Shown here: piece after piece, positions 61,876 through 64,000 of the stretch | Position numbering within the stretch: the first letter of the stretch is position 1 | How the letters are laid out: each line of letters opens with the position of its first letter | Assembly: GCA_950097015.1 (NCBI GenBank) | Contig: CATNEN010000008.1 | Coordinates: 2,046,001 to 2,110,000 of the forward strand | Direction of reading: 5' to 3' | Origin: Macrostomum hystrix | Lineage: Eukaryota > Animalia > Platyhelminthes | Length of the DNA stretch: 64,000 nt | Translations under genes and position numbers: made by a program | The notes under the pieces: model-generated | Seen by the model: only the letters and a program-made list of their open reading frames with translations | What the model was told of the DNA's origin: nothing | Databases searched by the model: none

Positions 61876-61939
61876 AGTTTAGCTCATCTAAAAGCTGGTT
61901 CAGCTGACACAAATCCTGTTTGGACAGCTTGCCTCCCAT
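61876..61939 (-). CDS. Neuronal calcium sensor (recoverin/NCS-1/neurocalcin-like) EF-hand protein, exon 1 with N-myristoylation motif
   Basis: ATG GGA GGC AAG CTG TCC AAA = MGGKLSK (G2, S6); donor T|gtaagt. Join 61939-61876,61200-61121,58836-58668,58552-58392,58190-58095 = 570 nt, 189 aa, the typical NCS-family size. Confidence 0.85.
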
Positions 61940-62284
61940 GATTGTTTGATGTATTGGAAAATTAAAGTGCTATATTGTGTTTAAAAGTAAAGGATTAAAA
62001 TTACTTTTCGACTTAAGCTCGCAAGCCGCTGCACAGTATGGCCGAACTTAATATATGATGCCGCAGCGAGCATTGTGCGCGCACTAAACTAAAGTACTTT
62101 TTCGGATGTTTCCGTTCGTTCCACCGCCCAACCCCCACCCCCAACTGCTGCTGCGATGGACAGAATGATAAGCAAGAAAAGAAAATGAAGTCTTTCATTT
62201 GTGTGCGCTTGTGGATGTGCACCACATGGCTGTGCCATTGTGAGGTGCTCGTTAAACATTGTAATGAGCATGAGTGAGAGTTAT

Positions 62285-64000
62285 ATAGTATAGACGGAGA
62301 GATGAGTAGCTATGAGCAGTGAGAGGGAGATGGGATACGGAGAGATGAGTAGCTATGAGCAGTGAGAGGGAGATGGGAGACGGAGAGATGAGTAGCTATG
62401 AGCAGTGAGAGGGAGATGGGAGACGGAGAGATGAGTAGCTATGAGTAGTGAGAGGGAGATGGGATACGGAGAGATGAGTAGCTATGAGCAGTGAGAGGGA
62501 GATGGGATACGGAGAGATGAGTAGCTATGAGCAGTGAGAGGGAGATGAGAGACGGAGAGATGAGTAGCTATGAGCAGTGAGAGGGAGATGGGAGACGGAG
62601 AGATGAGTAGCTATGAGCAGTGAGAGGGAGATGGGATACGGAGAGATGAGTAGCTATGAGCAGTGAGAGGGAGATGGGAGACGGAGAGATGAGTAGCTAT
62701 GAGCAGTGAGAGGGAGATGGGATACGGAGAGATGAGTAGCTATGAGCAGTGAGAGGGAGATGGGAGACGGAGAGATGAGTAGCTATGAGCAGTGAGAGGG
62801 AGATGAGAGGCGGAGAGATGAGTAGCTATGAGCAGTGAGAGGGAGATGAGACGCGGAGAGATGAGTAGCTATGAGCAGTGAGAGGGAGATGGGATACGGA
62901 GAGATGAGTAGCTATGAGCAGTGAGAGGGAGATGGGAGACGGAGAGATGAGTAGCTATGAACAGTGAGAGGGAGATGAGAGGCGGAGAGATGAGTAGCTA
63001 TGAGCAGTGAGAGGGAGATGAGACGCGGAGAGATGAGTAGCTATGAGCAGTGAGAGGGAGATGGGATACGGAGAGATGAGTAGCTATGAGCAGTGAGAGG
63101 GAGATGGGATACGGAGAGATGAGTAGCTATGAGCAGTGAGAGGGAGATGGGAGGCGGAGAGATGAGTAGCTATGAGCAGTGAGAGGGAGATGGGAGACGG
63201 AGAGATGAGTAGCTATGAGCAGTGAGAGAGAGATGGGATACGGAGAGATGAGTAGCTATGAACAGTGAGAGGGAGATGAGAGACGGAGAGATGAGTAGCT
63301 ATGAGCAGTGAGAGGGAGATGGGAGACGGAGAGATGAGTAGCTATGAGCAGTGAGAGGGAGATGGGAGACGGAGAGATGAGTAGCTATGAGCAGTGAGAG
63401 GGAGATGGGATACGGAGAGATGAGTAGCTATGAGCAGTGAGAGGGAGATGGGATACGGAGAGATGAGTAGCTATGAGCAGTGAGAGAGAGATGGGAGACG
63501 GAGAGATGAGTAGCTATGAGCAGTGAGAGAGAGATGGGATACGGAGAGATGAGTAGCTATGAACAGTGAGAGGGAGATGAGAGACGGAGAGATGAGTAGC
63601 TATGAGCAGTGAGAGGGAGATGGGAGACGGAGAGATGAGTAGCTATGAGTAGTGAGAGGGAGATGGGAGACGGAGAGATGAGTAGCTATGAGCAGTGAGA
63701 GGGAGATGGGAGACGGAGAGATGAGTAGCTATGAGCAGTGAGAGGGAGATGAGACGCGGAGAGATGAGTAGCTATGAGCAGTGAGAGGGAGATGGGATAC
63801 GGAGAGATGAGTAGCTATGAGCAGTGAGAGGGAGATGGGATACGGAGAGATGAGTAGCTATGAGCAGTGAGAGGGAGATGGGAGACCGAGAGATGAGTAG
63901 CTATGAGCAGTGAGAGGGAGATGGGAGACCGAGAGTTGAGTAGTGAGAGGGAGATGGGATACGGAGAGATGAGTAGCTATGAGCAGTGAGAGAGAGATGG
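62285..64000. repeat. Purine-rich minisatellite, 43 bp unit (GAGATGAGTAGCTATGAGCAGTGAGAGGGAGATGGGAGACGGA), ~40 copies, runs off window end
   Basis: Tandem units. Confidence 0.97.

Overview
Eukaryotic (metazoan) genomic DNA: GC-rich, intron-split exons embedded in an unusually dense set of about 40 mostly unrelated mini/microsatellite arrays covering roughly 45-50% of the window (by-eye estimate). This architecture suggests a free-living flatworm such as Macrostomum (inference, not verified). Four spliced genes were reconstructed by hand with GT-AG sites and consistent reading phases. (1) The 3' part of an ADAM-family gene on + (exons 2008-2438, 4907-5467, 5731-6425, 7055-7508, 8337-9177), whose metalloprotease domain lacks HExxH and which has a ~460 aa low-complexity cytoplasmic tail. 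(2) A kinase-less LRR-Roc-COR (MFHAS1-like Roco) gene on + (12888-19736, 5 exons, 1024 aa) with a D->E change in the G3 motif. (3) A neprilysin/M13-like type II membrane protein on - (30559-27657, 2 exons, 772 aa) lacking HExxH. (4) A myristoylation-type neuronal calcium sensor-like EF-hand gene on - (61939-58095, 5 exons, 189 aa) that the ORF track largely misses. Also present: a complete tRNA-derived CORE-type SINE with a 14-bp target-site duplication (1060-1371) and a pair of inverted 37-bp minisatellite arrays flanking a ~680-bp unique segment (43289-44939, foldback-like). Most long ORFs in the supplied track are artefacts of stop-free repeat units. No CRISPR array, rRNA or true tRNA gene was found.
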